From contig JAWQFM010000016.1 of NCBI GenBank assembly GCA_033442325.1, positions 475,666-527,520 on the forward strand: 51,855 bases of DNA. The letters run 5' to 3'. This document shows, one piece after another, positions 38,300 to 50,380 of the stretch. The notes under the pieces were generated by a model. That model did not search any database, was not told the DNA's origin, and saw only the letters and a list, made by a program, of their open reading frames with translations. Positions within the stretch are counted from its first letter, which is position 1, and every line of letters begins with the position of its first letter. Origin of the DNA: Salpingoeca rosetta. Its lineage: Eukaryota > Protista > Choanoflagellata. A program made the position numbers and the translations under genes.

Positions 38300-40773
38300 G
38301 CACACACGCACACGCACGCACACGCACACACACGTTCTTTCTCGTCACCAGTGTCACGCCCCAGGTGTTGTAGCGACTGCGCGAGAAGGGCGTCGGCTCC
38401 TGGAGCACCTCATCTCCCAAGTGTACCGCCAGCAGCAGCGTGCACTGCTCACGCCAGAGTCAGCAGCAACGTCGTCCATGAACGCGTCCGTCGCAGACGC
38501 CGGCGTCGGTGTTGCGTTTGACTTTGGCATGACCGCCGGTGTTGGCATGGGGGATCCTGGCCTCGGCGCCGGCGTTGACCTTGCCGTGGGTGTTGGTGGC
38601 GACATGGGGGCACCTGGCGATGCTGGTGCTGGTGTTGTGGACAACGGCAGTGGCGTGTCTTCTGCCGGCGTTGATGCGCAGGCGAGCAGCAGAGGCGAAA
38701 CAGCCGTGGAGACAACGGTGACTGTCAACGAAGACGACACGCTTGTTCGCATCGCCATGAGCATCAACGGTAAGTGTGTGTGCGCGCGCGTATGTGTCGG
38801 TGTGTGTGTTTGTGCCTGCATCATCAAACGTTGCCTGTGTATGTGTGTGCGTGTGTTTTTTTTTTTGTACGTTGCATTTTGTTGTCTCTGGTGAAGCCAA
38901 GGCACACAATCCCTCGGTGGCATTTTTTTTTTTCGTTGTGGTTGAGCTGACGAGCGAGTGCGTGCTGTCCATTGCACAGATCATGCCTGCAAGACAGTTG
39001 TGCTGAAGACACTGCCTGTTGACGATGACGAGGAGAACGAGGACAAGGAGGAGAAAGAGAAGGAAAAGGACAAGGATGACGACAAACAGAAGCTCTGGGA
39101 GGAACTCAAGGCCATGGTACGTCTGGCAGTCGTGCGTGTGTGTGCGTGTGACTGCATGTGTGCGTACGTACATGTGCGTGTGTACACGTACGCGTGTGCG
39201 CGTGCGCTGGCGTGTGCACTCACGTGTACTCACTCTCGCATGCCTTGCCCGATTGCGCATGCCACGTGCACGCCCATGCACGCTCATCAGTGCAAGAAAC
39301 GCAAAGCGCCGCGTCGTGTGAAAGCGGACAAGGACCGGTCTGTCTCGTATTACCGCGACATGTTCCTCTTCCTCTTTGATGTCGAAACAAGGCTCAACCC
39401 AGGCAACTGTCTCAAGGTGTGTGATGGCGGACACCCGTCATATACCGTTGGCAATCACGCATTGCTCTTGCGTTGTGGTCTTGCGTGTGTTGGCGTGTAC
39501 GCTTGACTTTCATGGCACCGCTGTTGCATTTACATGAAGTGAACGGCGGCCGTCACTCACCCCATGTTGGTTGCGGGTTCTGATTGTGTGATCGCAGGCG
39601 TTTGTGATGCATCAGTTCAAGAAGACACACGAGCGCCTGCAGCAGCACTTGACCAGCGAATCCTTCATGGAGTCGTGGGAGACGTGAGTGCTGCCGGTGT
39701 TGAAAACTGTGTTGTGGTTGGGTGGTGTGTGCTATGTGTCCTGTGTGTCCTGTGTGGTGTGTGAACTGTATGTGTTGTGCGGAAGTGTGCGGCTTTCACG
39801 CACGAGCTCCACGCCCATGCTGCTCTGCGTCTTACACACTGGTGTGTTTGTGGCTGTGTTGTTGGTGTTTACACCGCAGGGTGCTGGCCCAGCTGTCTGC
39901 TGCCGCCGTTGCTCTTACACCGAAGTTGTGCAAGGAAGTGGAGCGCTACTGCAACCAAAGCCTGGTACGCCACAGAACTGCTCGTGTTGTTCCTGTTGCT
40001 GCTCACTTGGGTGTTGTTTGCTGTTGTTGTTGTGCATACGTTGCTCACAGCATCTTGCTGCTGCTGCTGCATCATGTGGTGTAGACGGCGCCTCCAACGT
40101 GCGACAATCACGGTGATGACACAATGGCGGTCGTGCATTGCGAGGAGTGCGATTTGGACCTCTGCCGCGAGTGCGACGCATTCTGGCATCTGCCCGCCAA
40201 CAAGCGCTCGCACAAGCGCATTCACGTAAGCTGCGATTCTGTGATTGGCCTACGCGTGTGTGTGTGCGTGCGTGTGTGTGCGTGTGTGTATGTGTGCGTG
40301 TGTGTATGTGTGCGTGTGTATGTGTGTGTGTGTGTGCGTGTGCGTGCGTGTGTGTGCATGTGTGCGTGGGTGTGTGTGGGTGTGTGTGTGGGTGTGTGTG
40401 TGGGTGAGACGTTCACAAATTTGTACGTGCGTGTGCTTGTTCACTTTTGTGTGCGTTGCACCTGGCCGCCTTCTGATATCCGCATCACCACTTGCAAATC
40501 ACAAACTAGATGAAACCGCCACCATCCCGCCTGAATTTGGCGTTTGACGAGGAAGCCGGCATTGTGCACATTGTGTGCGACAACCTGAAGATTGACGTGG
40601 ACATGGCCCGGGTGGAGGCACACCTGTCCTGGGAAACGTACGACGAAGCAAGTCGCACGCGCACACCTGCAGCTGTGCCTGCGGCTGACAGCGGCAAGAA
40701 GAGCGACAACAATGGTGATAATGGAGATGGCGACGGTGACGCTGATTTGCTGCAGTTCTTCAATCGCGCATAA
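17054..40773 (+). CDS. Giant (~5,000 aa, ~37 exons) protein with C-terminal B-box-type zinc finger; divergent MYCBP2/Highwire/RPM-1 (PHR)-like
   Basis: A continuous in-phase GT-AG exon chain can be traced from ATG 17054 (MTN|[12 protein letters not shown]) to TAA 40773, including an 8,958-nt exon at 23881-32838. Exon 40085-40225 encodes [47 protein letters not shown]1-like segments lie near 21383-21549 and 23170-23520. A few joins (e.g. near 38040-38350) are ambiguous. Confidence 0.7.
36718..36820 (+). repeat. Intronic direct repeat GTGTGCGTCGATGTGTGCAGGAATGTGCGTCGATGTGTG, two copies 60 nt apart
   Basis: Visible near 36720 and 36780. Confidence 0.8.
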
Positions 40774-41251
40774 ATGCCTTGATCCGCTGCGCTTTGTGTT
40801 TTCAGAATATGCGCAGTAGACGGCTTGGCGCTTGCTTGCATATGTGTGTGTGTGTGTGTGTGTGTGTGACTGTGTGTTGACTGTGTGTTGACCGTGTGTA
40901 TGTTTGGTAAATGCGTGTGGGAACACCAGTGTGGCTCATAACGTGAGTTGATTTTGCATGTTCAGTTTGCGGCTGTTTACGTTGCGGTCCACCATTACTC
41001 GACCATCGCGTGTTTCAATGACAAACCGCCTCAAATGGAATCAGACAAATCAAGCAATCGGATAACTCAAATCAAATCAAGTGAGACACAAAGCACTTAC
41101 ATCCTCACCCCACGCACAGCACGGGAAACACCCTACTCAACACATCGCTGCTGAGACGAAAGTAACAACACTAAAAATAACGGCCGCATTCCATTCGCCC
41201 AGCTCTCTTAAACCACTGGGCTCCTTGGCGCACGTCAATCATATACACACA

Positions 41252-41290
<39 letters not shown>

Positions 41291-41395
41291 ACACACACAC
41301 ACACAGACACACACACACACACTCAGACACACACACAAACTCAAAGACATGCACACACACACACAGACTAAAAGACACACACGCATACAACCAAG

Positions 41396-41879
41396 TCACT
41401 TCTTGGCCGCCCCCGACTTTAGCTTCGAAGATGCCGCTGGCTTCTTGCCAGTCACCCCTTTCTTGGTGGTAGAAGACGAGGCAGCGCGAGAAGGCGTGGT
41501 CGTGGTTGTCTTCGTGGTTGTTTTCTGCGCACGTGCACGCGTTGCTGCAAAGCCGGGCGAGGAGCCGGACCGTCGTGCCGGTCTTGGGCGAGGTGACACG
41601 CCGTCCTCTGTCAACAACTGCGGCGATGACTTGCTGTCGATGGAAGCAACCGTGCTGCGCCCACTTGCACTCGCACTAGCATGTCCACTTGCGCTCGCGC
41701 TTGTTGCGAGCGGACTTCGTGATGCTGTTGCGTTTGATTTCGCTCGTCTCCGAGCAGCTGCCGAGGGCGAGGGCGAGGGCGATGGCGACGCAACACATGA
41801 CGACGCCAATGACGAGGATGGTGTGGTCGATGAGCGGCGGCCACGTGGTGTTACAGTGGTCGTTGCTGACTTTGGAGAT

Positions 41880-41924
<45 letters not shown>

Positions 41925-44900
41925 GTCATCTTCTTTTTCTTCCCACTTCCGCTGCGGCTCGCGGGCTTGGGTGTGCTGTGGGGCGTCTTTGCTGGTGTCG
42001 ATGTTGTGCTGGCAGGGGCATCTGTCGATGAGCCACCATCATCGGTGCTCGTTGCTGCTGTCTGACCGCCGTCCTTCAACACCCCTGGCGACGACTGCAT
42101 GCGCGCGAGGGACGATGGCCTTCGCGGTGCCTCCCCACGCTTTCGTGACGACTGCGACGACTGCTGTGACTGCTGTGGTTGCCGCTGCTTCTGCTGCACG
42201 GGCGTGGACGCTGACCGACGCCGCCCTTCCTTTGCACTTCGTGCGGCGACGTGCGCATGTTTCGCACCTCCGCCAATGGTGGTGTTGCTGCCTGATGGAC
42301 TTCTGAGACCACTGGGCGAGCGCTGCCGTGTGCGTCGCAGCTTCGCCGCGGTCGATCGAAGTGGTGTGGATGTTGACGACGCCGTGCCCAGTCCAGAGGC
42401 GTGCAGCTTGTGGATGTAGTTGAGCAGCGTGTCCCACCCGCCACCGGTTCGCACCATGAGGTGATTCCGCACCTGGCGGACGTTGACGGTCTTGTCTGCG
42501 CCGCCAAAGATGTAGCAGCCGGCACGGTGGGTTGTCTCAAACTGCAGCCAACCGTGTGTGTGTGTGTGTGTGTGTGCGTGTGTGAGTGTGTGTTTGTGTG
42601 AGTGAGTGAGTGTGTGAGTGAGTGAGTGAGTGAGTGAGTGTATGTGAGTGTGTGCGTGAGAGTGAGTGTGAGTGAGCGAGTGAGTGTACGTGTGTGTGCG
42701 TGAGTGCCGGGGGCTGTGAAAGTCTGGAAGAGTACGAATCGCTGGCACAAAACGACCTGTGGCACTTGTACAAGAGGCTCTCAATACCAATGTATGGGCA
42801 AGTTGTGCAATGCAACATGTCACCAACCGTGACTTGGCCCGTGAGGCCTGCCTTGTCGATGCTTTGTTGGACGAGCGGCAACACTGTGTCGCTTCGCAGC
42901 TTCCTTTGTTCCTTCTTGAACTTTTCCACAGCTGTCACAGCCAAGGCAGTGAGAACCATGTCAAGAAACATGCATGTGTGTATGTATGTGTGTGCGTGCG
43001 TGCGTGCGTGTGTGTCGCGTGAGTTCGTGAGGGAGCAAGTTAATGACAGCGCTATCGGTGCACCCTGATCCCCCCATGCAGTGTACAAGAACATGACCAG
43101 ACCATTGCAGCACACAATTCAAGCACAGGCCATTGCAACCAGTCTTGTGTCAAACCAACCGCGCGTGCTGAGAGATGTGCGCCTATGGATGGCGTTTGTG
43201 GCGCGGCGGCTCAGGCCCGTGTTGACCTTTGCGGACACCTTGGAAACGTTCAGGGGAAGGTTCATAGCCTGGAACGCCGGCCGCTTTATCTGCTGCTGCT
43301 TATCCTGTGGAGGGCACGTTTGCAAAACGGAACATTGATGGCCGATCGTCGGTGAGGTGTGATGGCCGAGGCAACAGACAGCCAGCCAACAGCAGCAAGT
43401 CATGCCGAGTACGAAATACAAGCCAGCAAGTCGAGCCAAGGAACCCATCAAGCAAACCACCAACCAAGCAACCAAGCCAAGCCAGCCACCGAGTAAGCAA
43501 GTGGGTGCAGCGCAAGGTGCGGATTCGGGTTCCACCACCGCCTCTCTCACCTCCGCGATTGCATCACGTGCTCTGACGTCAGCAATGACGCCGGCGACAG
43601 GACGCAGGGAGGAGCGTTTTCGCCGCATAATCTCGCGCATGGCAGCCGGCATGCTGCTGTCCACGCGGTGGCGGATGTTGGACAGGTCTGGCGAGCGTGC
43701 GTGTGTGTGTGTGTGTGAGTGAGTGAGTGTGTGTGTGTGTGTGAGTGAGTGAGTGAGTGAGTGAGTGAGTGAGTGAGTGAGTGAATGAGTGAGTGAGTGA
43801 ATGAGTGAGTGAGTGGGTGAGTGGGTGAGTGGGTGAGTGGGTGAGTGGGTGAGTGGGTGAGTGAATATGGCTAAGTGAGTGTGAGCATGTAAGTGGGCTT
43901 ATTGTCAAGAGGGCGCTAGCGACGAACAAAAAGACACACAGCAGCAACAACGGAAACAAGGTCAGCTACGCTTGACATGCTTGTCTCACCAAGCTTCGGG
44001 TACGTGGGGAGCTTGAAGCGGCCAAGGCGGCGTTTCTTCGCCTGATATTGGAAATCACAAGCGGGCGCACAAATGAAGGGTATGACAGATGAGTGAGGGT
44101 GCAGCAGTGCATGTTCATCACAAACAGCACGGCAGCACCCGCGCTCTAAATGTGACAGCATTCAGTTTCCACCGCCCAAACTTTATAATCAACAACCAAG
44201 CCCCAACAACCACTGTCACAGCACGACTCACCGTGAGCTTTGCATGCCGGGCGTGATATGCGGCCAAGCGGCTGGTGACGCTGCCAACGGTGGCACTGCT
44301 GCGTTTACGTGCGCGTGCAGTCCTTCGCTTGAGCTTCCGCATGGGCGTGACCTGCTGCTTTGGCAGCCGCGTCGCAGCGTCGTTCTCGTTCGTCGCATCA
44401 CCAGCACCAGCACCGTCACCGCCGCCACTGTCATCTTGGTCCTTCGATTGTGACCGCTCCACGCACATCTTCAGGATGCTGGAAATGGCGTGAAATATTT
44501 CGTCCTGTCGGGCATTCACGTGCGCCTCCATCGAAGAGAGTGCGGTGCCGAGACCCGTGTTGGCTTTGGACAGCATGCGTGCTGCGCGTGTCACCTCCTT
44601 GCTGCACCGCTTGATGCCCTCCACTTGCTCGAGTGCACTGCGCAGCGCATGTTCCAGCGCCTTGAGGTCACGTTTGCTCGTCGTTGCGCTCGACATGAGT
44701 GCTGTTGTCGCCGCGTTGATGTCCGCATCCCAGAACCTGAACGTGATGAACGTGATGAACGTGGAATGGGGTGGGAATGGGGTGGGAATGGGAGAGGATG
44801 GGGAAAACCAAAAGCACGTGAGTGTGCGTGTACATGACACGAAATGTCAGGGTGTGAGATTTCATCCTTCAAGCACAACCACCGCACAATCACCGCACAG

Positions 44901-45149
44901 CCTGCTTAGAATGCAAGCAGTAAGTGTCATCGTACTTGGATTGGACGGGCTTGAGCCACTGTTGCGTCATGTCCACAATGTCGGCGTTGCTTGCAAGCAT
45001 ATCCTCCACGAGTTCGGCCGCTTCCACACAGCCAGTGTGAAGCGCATCGCTGCTCACCTGCGTGTCTGTCACCAACTCTTGCACAATCTCCGTTGCCCTG
45101 CATTCGAGTCGGGGGTGGGGAAGAAAGAGGGAAGAAGAGTTGGTTTTGC

Positions 45150-45190
<41 letters not shown>

Positions 45191-48100
45191 TGTGTTTGTG
45201 TGTGTGTGTGTGTTGTGTGTGTGTGTGTTTGTGTGTGTGTATGTGTGTGTGTACGTGCGTGTGTAAGTGCGCGCGTGTGTGTTTGTATGTTTGTATGCAC
45301 GTGCGTGCGTGTGTATGTGTGAGAGAGAGTGTGTGTGTGTGTGTGTGTGAAACAACACCGTGGTAAGTGAGGATAAGCAAGCACTGTCACCAACGAGGCC
45401 ATCCATCACACTGCCAACAACACACACAACTGACTCATCAAAGTCCTGCGTTTGAAGGAGGAATTCCTTTGTGCTCTCCACTCGCTCCTTCACGTTCGTC
45501 CACAGGACATCCGCATCGCGAATGGGGCGGTGGCACAGCCCCTCCTCCATGTCGTTGACAGCCGTGCACGTGGCTGTCAGCTCACGAACCAGAAGCTCGC
45601 CCTCCTCTCGCGTGTGTTCGAGACGGCGAAGCAGCGCAGAGAGCTGTGACGTCGACTGAACACCGCCCGCACCACTGTCACCGCCGTTCACTGCCACCGC
45701 TGCACTGCCATCACCTTCGCCGCCGCCATCAGCAGTGCTGGTGGAACCAATTGAGCCGACGCTCGTCGTACGCGATTTGCCGCTGCCTACCTCCGTCTCA
45801 CCACCGCCAGCTGCATGCGCATCACCAACGCCGGCGTCGCCAGTGCCGCCATAACCCGTAAGCGGTGACGATCGACACAGCACAGCCACGTCAACACGCG
45901 GGGGAGCAGCGCCAATCCAGTCAATTAGGTCGATGCTGAGCTCTTTGGTCACCACGGTGCCGAGGAGTTGGAAACAGCTCGTGCGGTGCACATCTGGGCA
46001 TAGGAAGAACACGCCTTCCTCTGCCAACTCTTCCTCGTCCTCGTCATCCTCTTCTTCCTCTTCTTCTTCATCATCCTCCTCGCTGCCACCAGCGTGGATG
46101 ACTGCGGTCGTGTTATTGCTGGTGCCTGAATCATCGCTCCCAGGATGACTCGTTCCCATCACCATATCATCATTGCCACCACCACTGTCACTGTCACCGT
46201 TGTCGCTGTTGGGTGCTGCAGCCTGAGCAGCGTCCTCGGTGTCATCTTCACCACCGCGTGGCGCTGCCACCTCATCTCCATCACTGACTGTCATCGCCTT
46301 ATCATCATCTTCTACATCACCATCGCTGTGTTCGGCAATGGCGGGCAGAAGGCTCAGGTTCTTGCGCGTCGCAGCTGCTGTTGACGCTGCACCGCTGTCT
46401 GTGGACATTCGCGGCGATGGTGTTGCACTCCACTGCTGCGTACTGCGGTGGCTCATGGACAGGCGTTTGCACGCATGCACCACGCCGTTGTGCAAATCCG
46501 TGTACGCACACTGCACCGCAAACACTTGCGACGACTGCTGTTGCTGCTGCTGTTGCTGCTGTGTGGAAGAGCCATATGCACCATTGCTCGTGTCATCTCG
46601 GTCAGAATCATCGTCACCCACCGCCTTGTTTGTGCGCACGGTCTCGGATGGGATGCTGCCACCTGTGTGTCGGATGAGCACTGCCACGACATGTGTTGGC
46701 CGTTCAAAGGTGATGGTCACGCGTGGATCAGCGTCGTCATCGCTGCCATCATCATCATCATCATCATCACCACCACCGCTGTCACCAACCACGACAGCAG
46801 TGGGTGCGGTTGTGTCACCATGACCATCGCCTTGGTTGTGGATGTTGGTGGTGCTGGTGTCTTCTTCTATCGCCACGCCATCCTGCCACGCCACGTCCAC
46901 GCCTGTGTTGCGTCGCCTGATGCCAAATCCAGCGCATGACACGCACCCCTGTGCCCGCTTCACATCTGCTTCCTCAAGGGCAGCCATGACGGGGTGGTAG
47001 TCTTGATCATCAGGCAGCCACGTGCTCAATTGCTGCTGCTCTTGTGGCTGCTGCTGCTGTTGTTGCTGTGACTGCTGTTGTTGTTGTGGCTGGTGTTGTT
47101 GCTGTGACTGCTCTTGTGGCTGCTGCTGCTGTTGTTGCTGTGACTGCTCTTGTGGCTGCTGCTGCTGTTGTTGTTGTGGCTGGTGAGGTGGTGTGAGGTA
47201 GGCCAGGTGGCCAGCAGCAAACGCTTCGACGCAAAGGTGAACGCGGCACGAATCGTTTTCGACACCACGTAATGTCGTGGCGGCATTGTGGGTGTCGCAC
47301 TGGCGCTGCAGGTGTGCACCATCAAACCGAACGGTGATGAACCGGAACAAACGTCCGGCGTAACGTGACGCAATGGGAGACGATAACACCGTGCCCTTCT
47401 TCTTTTTGATGTTCTTGCCCGTGTCCGCTGCTGTGGCCCTCGTGTCACTGTCATCATTGCCACCATCGTCGTCGCCACCGCCGTCGTAGTCATCATGGCG
47501 AGTGCACGTGACCTGCACGTCATCATGACGCCACAGCAAACACGTCGGCTGTCCCGCTGTGCGCACGTGTGCAGATGGCGATACGACGCTGTCCGTTGCG
47601 CTGGCATCACGATGACTGGCATTGCAACGAGCGTTCATGGTTGCGGTCGCATTGTTGGTGCAGGCAGAGGTGTGATCCAGACATCCCCGCAGCTCCACTC
47701 GCAAGGCCGCCAACGCCGCTGGACCGCCAAGACCATCACTTTCCTCGCCATCGTGCCGTTGCTGCTGTTGTTGTTCCTGTTGCTGTGCTTGTAGGTTGTG
47801 GTGTTGTTGCTGTGCTTGTAGGTTGTGTTGTTGTTGTTGGCGGGGGGAAGAAACGCCTGTAAGGACGCCGTGTGCCCGAAGAAGCGCCCGCACGTTCAAC
47901 CCAGCTGTCGTCGCTGTCGCTGGTGCTGTTGCCCCTGCTGTCGTTGTCATGATCGCGTCTTTCGTCCCGTGTGCGCCAGCAACGGCTGCAGCCGCGGAGA
48001 CGGAGAGGGTGCAGGCGTGCACGTGCATGGGAAGGCCAAGATCAAACGTAGCCGAGGATGAAGTGACGCCGACGGGTGAGAGCGTGCACTGCGTTTGATG

Positions 48101-48332
48101 CGTGTACCCTGGACGCGTTGGCACGCACAACTCCAATGCCAATGGTGCAAATGAGAGCGGGGTGGCTTCAGGGCCAATTGCCATCCCATCATCATCGTCG
48201 TCAAGATCATCCGACAGAACGCCAACGCTGTCCTCCTCATCGCGAAGATGGTCATCACCCGTGCTCACATCGTCTCCGTCAACCTCCAACATCGGCAGAT
48301 CAGCACGAGCACCAGCTGTATCCTCATTGTCA

Positions 48333-48380
<48 letters not shown>

Positions 48381-48676
48381 TCATCATCATCCTCGTCGCT
48401 CTCGCTCTCTTGCTCCTCGCGCTCAATCTCAATCTCCATTGCAATCAATTGCGACGGCTCTGGAGCACAAACAACCGCGTTGGTGCAAGCAGGTGGGGTG
48501 GATGTGTGTGTATGTGTGTGTGTGTGTGAGTGAGTGAGTGTGTGTGTGCCTGTGTATGTGTGTGTGTGCATGTGTGTGCATATGTGCATGTGTGTGTGCC
48601 TGTGCGTGGGTGCGTTTACGCACGTCCACATATCCTTCGATATGTCCTTCCTCGTACACACACACACACACACGCA

Positions 48677-48709
<33 letters not shown>

Positions 48710-50380
48710 CGCTCGCATGACTCCATTCCCGCGTGCAGCGTACCCATGCCGACGGTTGCTGCGAATCTGGCGACCTCCAGGAGACAGTTGAGCACCGCCC
48801 GGTCGTTCCGGCCTTAAGCGGCGGACGAGCAGGCAGCAGCGATGCAGCAGCAGGTTCAGTCGTAACAGTGGTGTGGCTTTGCGTTAATTCTGGTGTTGGC
48901 TGCCCCTTGGATCACACACATATGACACACACACACACATATTACACACACGCACACATCACACACATATTACACACACGCACACATCACACACACACAC
49001 ATCACACGTGCTGTCGCACCTTCCACCATGTCGTTTGATTCGAAGAGCAGGACGTCTGGCATCCCAAGCTCTCGGCACCACCGCAGAAACTTCTGCACGT
49101 TTGTGCACAGCACCAGCAGAAGAGGCGCAACAAGGACGCGAGGAGACGTGTCAGCGAGAGACACGAATGATGCGCACAACGACGTCCGCAAACACCCCAA
49201 CAGGAAGGTAAACATGCACTCACGCACACATACACAAGCCCTACGCACTCCATGCGCACATACACAAGCCTGCACACTCCATGCGCGCGCACACACGCAC
49301 ACATACACAAGCCTACGCACCAACGCACACACACACACACACACAATTGGTTGGAGACATACCACGGCATTGTCGCGTGCAAGGAAAGTGTGAGGTTGCG
49401 CGTGTGCAAAGAAGCGAAGGCGGCGACTGCCAGTCCCGCACACGCGAGCAGCGGACTCCTGGGCAAGGCGGCAGAACTTAAAGTGCTGGTAGGACGAAGA
49501 TGGCGGTGGGTAATGGTTCATGCAGGAGGGAAAAAAAAAAGCGGATGCGCAGTGAGAATGTGATGCACAAAGGAGAGCAACAACAAACGCACGCGTGCAC
49601 ATACGCACACACATACGCCATCACTCACTCACGCGCGCACAAACACATGTACATCCCCGTACCGTTGGTCGCTGGTCCATGGGCGTGTTCTCTGCTGCTT
49701 CTTCAATTGTGTTGGCCAACTTGCACACCAGCACTCCATTCTGCAACTCCTGCGAGCGGCAAGATTAGCACAAACACAAGCGTGTGAGCATCGTGAGCAG
49801 CAGTGTAAGCACAAAACGGTCCATACATGGCATTGCAGTTGTCGTTCAAGGGGTGAAGCCACAACCCGTGTGCGCACCTCCATGAGGTTGTCTTCTGTCA
49901 GACGAGCCTGCAGCTGCTGAGACAGCCACTCGGCCAGGTCCTCGCGAATCACCAGGAAGCGTTGTTCCTGTACACGGTACAAACACGCATGTACATTAAG
50001 CCATACGTTGAGAGCAAGAGTTGTAACGTGAGAGAAGGGAGGGCTGAGAAGAACCATCGCGCCAAAACGCGAGCGATAAGCGCACTTGGGGCAGTTGTCC
50101 AACGCACGTGTGCAGCAAGCAACGCCAACCACGGGGCAGGCTTACGTCGAGGTATCTGCGCCATTCTGGGGACTGGTGGTCAAGGTCAGGCTCCTCCTCG
50201 GCCTCTGTGCAGTGCAACGAACAAGCAAGAACGGCAAGTCAGCAAGCAGGAGACACAACTCGAAGTTCACGACCACAACAACGCACATACACACCCGCAC
50301 ACACCCGCACACGCACGCACACGCACGCACACGCACGCACACACACACGCACCGATGCGCTTCCTTGTTGGTGCGAGCAT
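41396..50380 (-). CDS. GAS2-family actin-microtubule crosslinker: N-terminal CH domain, long insert, GAR domain, basic Ser/Thr tail
   Basis: CH exons: EQRFLVIREDLAEWLSQQL..EDNLME (49967-49878), ELQNGVLVCKLA, TFLARDNAV, KFLRWCRELGMPDVLLFESNDMVE, RNDRAVLNCLLEVAR, EPSQLIAMEIEIERE. GAR exon from 42541: GCYIFGGADKTVNVRQVRNHLMVRTGGGWDTLLNYI. The start (MLAPTRKRI, 50380) is tentative; an upstream donor near 50925 suggests a further 5' exon. Confidence 0.88.
43716..43862 (+). repeat. (GAGT)n / (GGGTGAGT)n microsatellite in an intron of the GAS2-like gene
   Basis: Direct reading; similar tracts at 20490-20610 and 42598-42685. Confidence 0.9.

Noticed and set aside
43812-43862. (GGGTGAGT)n as an interstitial telomeric repeat
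   Set aside because: It grades from an adjacent (GAGT)n tract and is not TTAGGG-type.
44927-48718. 1,263-aa ORF as a separate gene
   Set aside because: Its core (48459-45435) splices in phase to CH exons upstream and helical/GAR exons downstream; the ends are intronic repeats.
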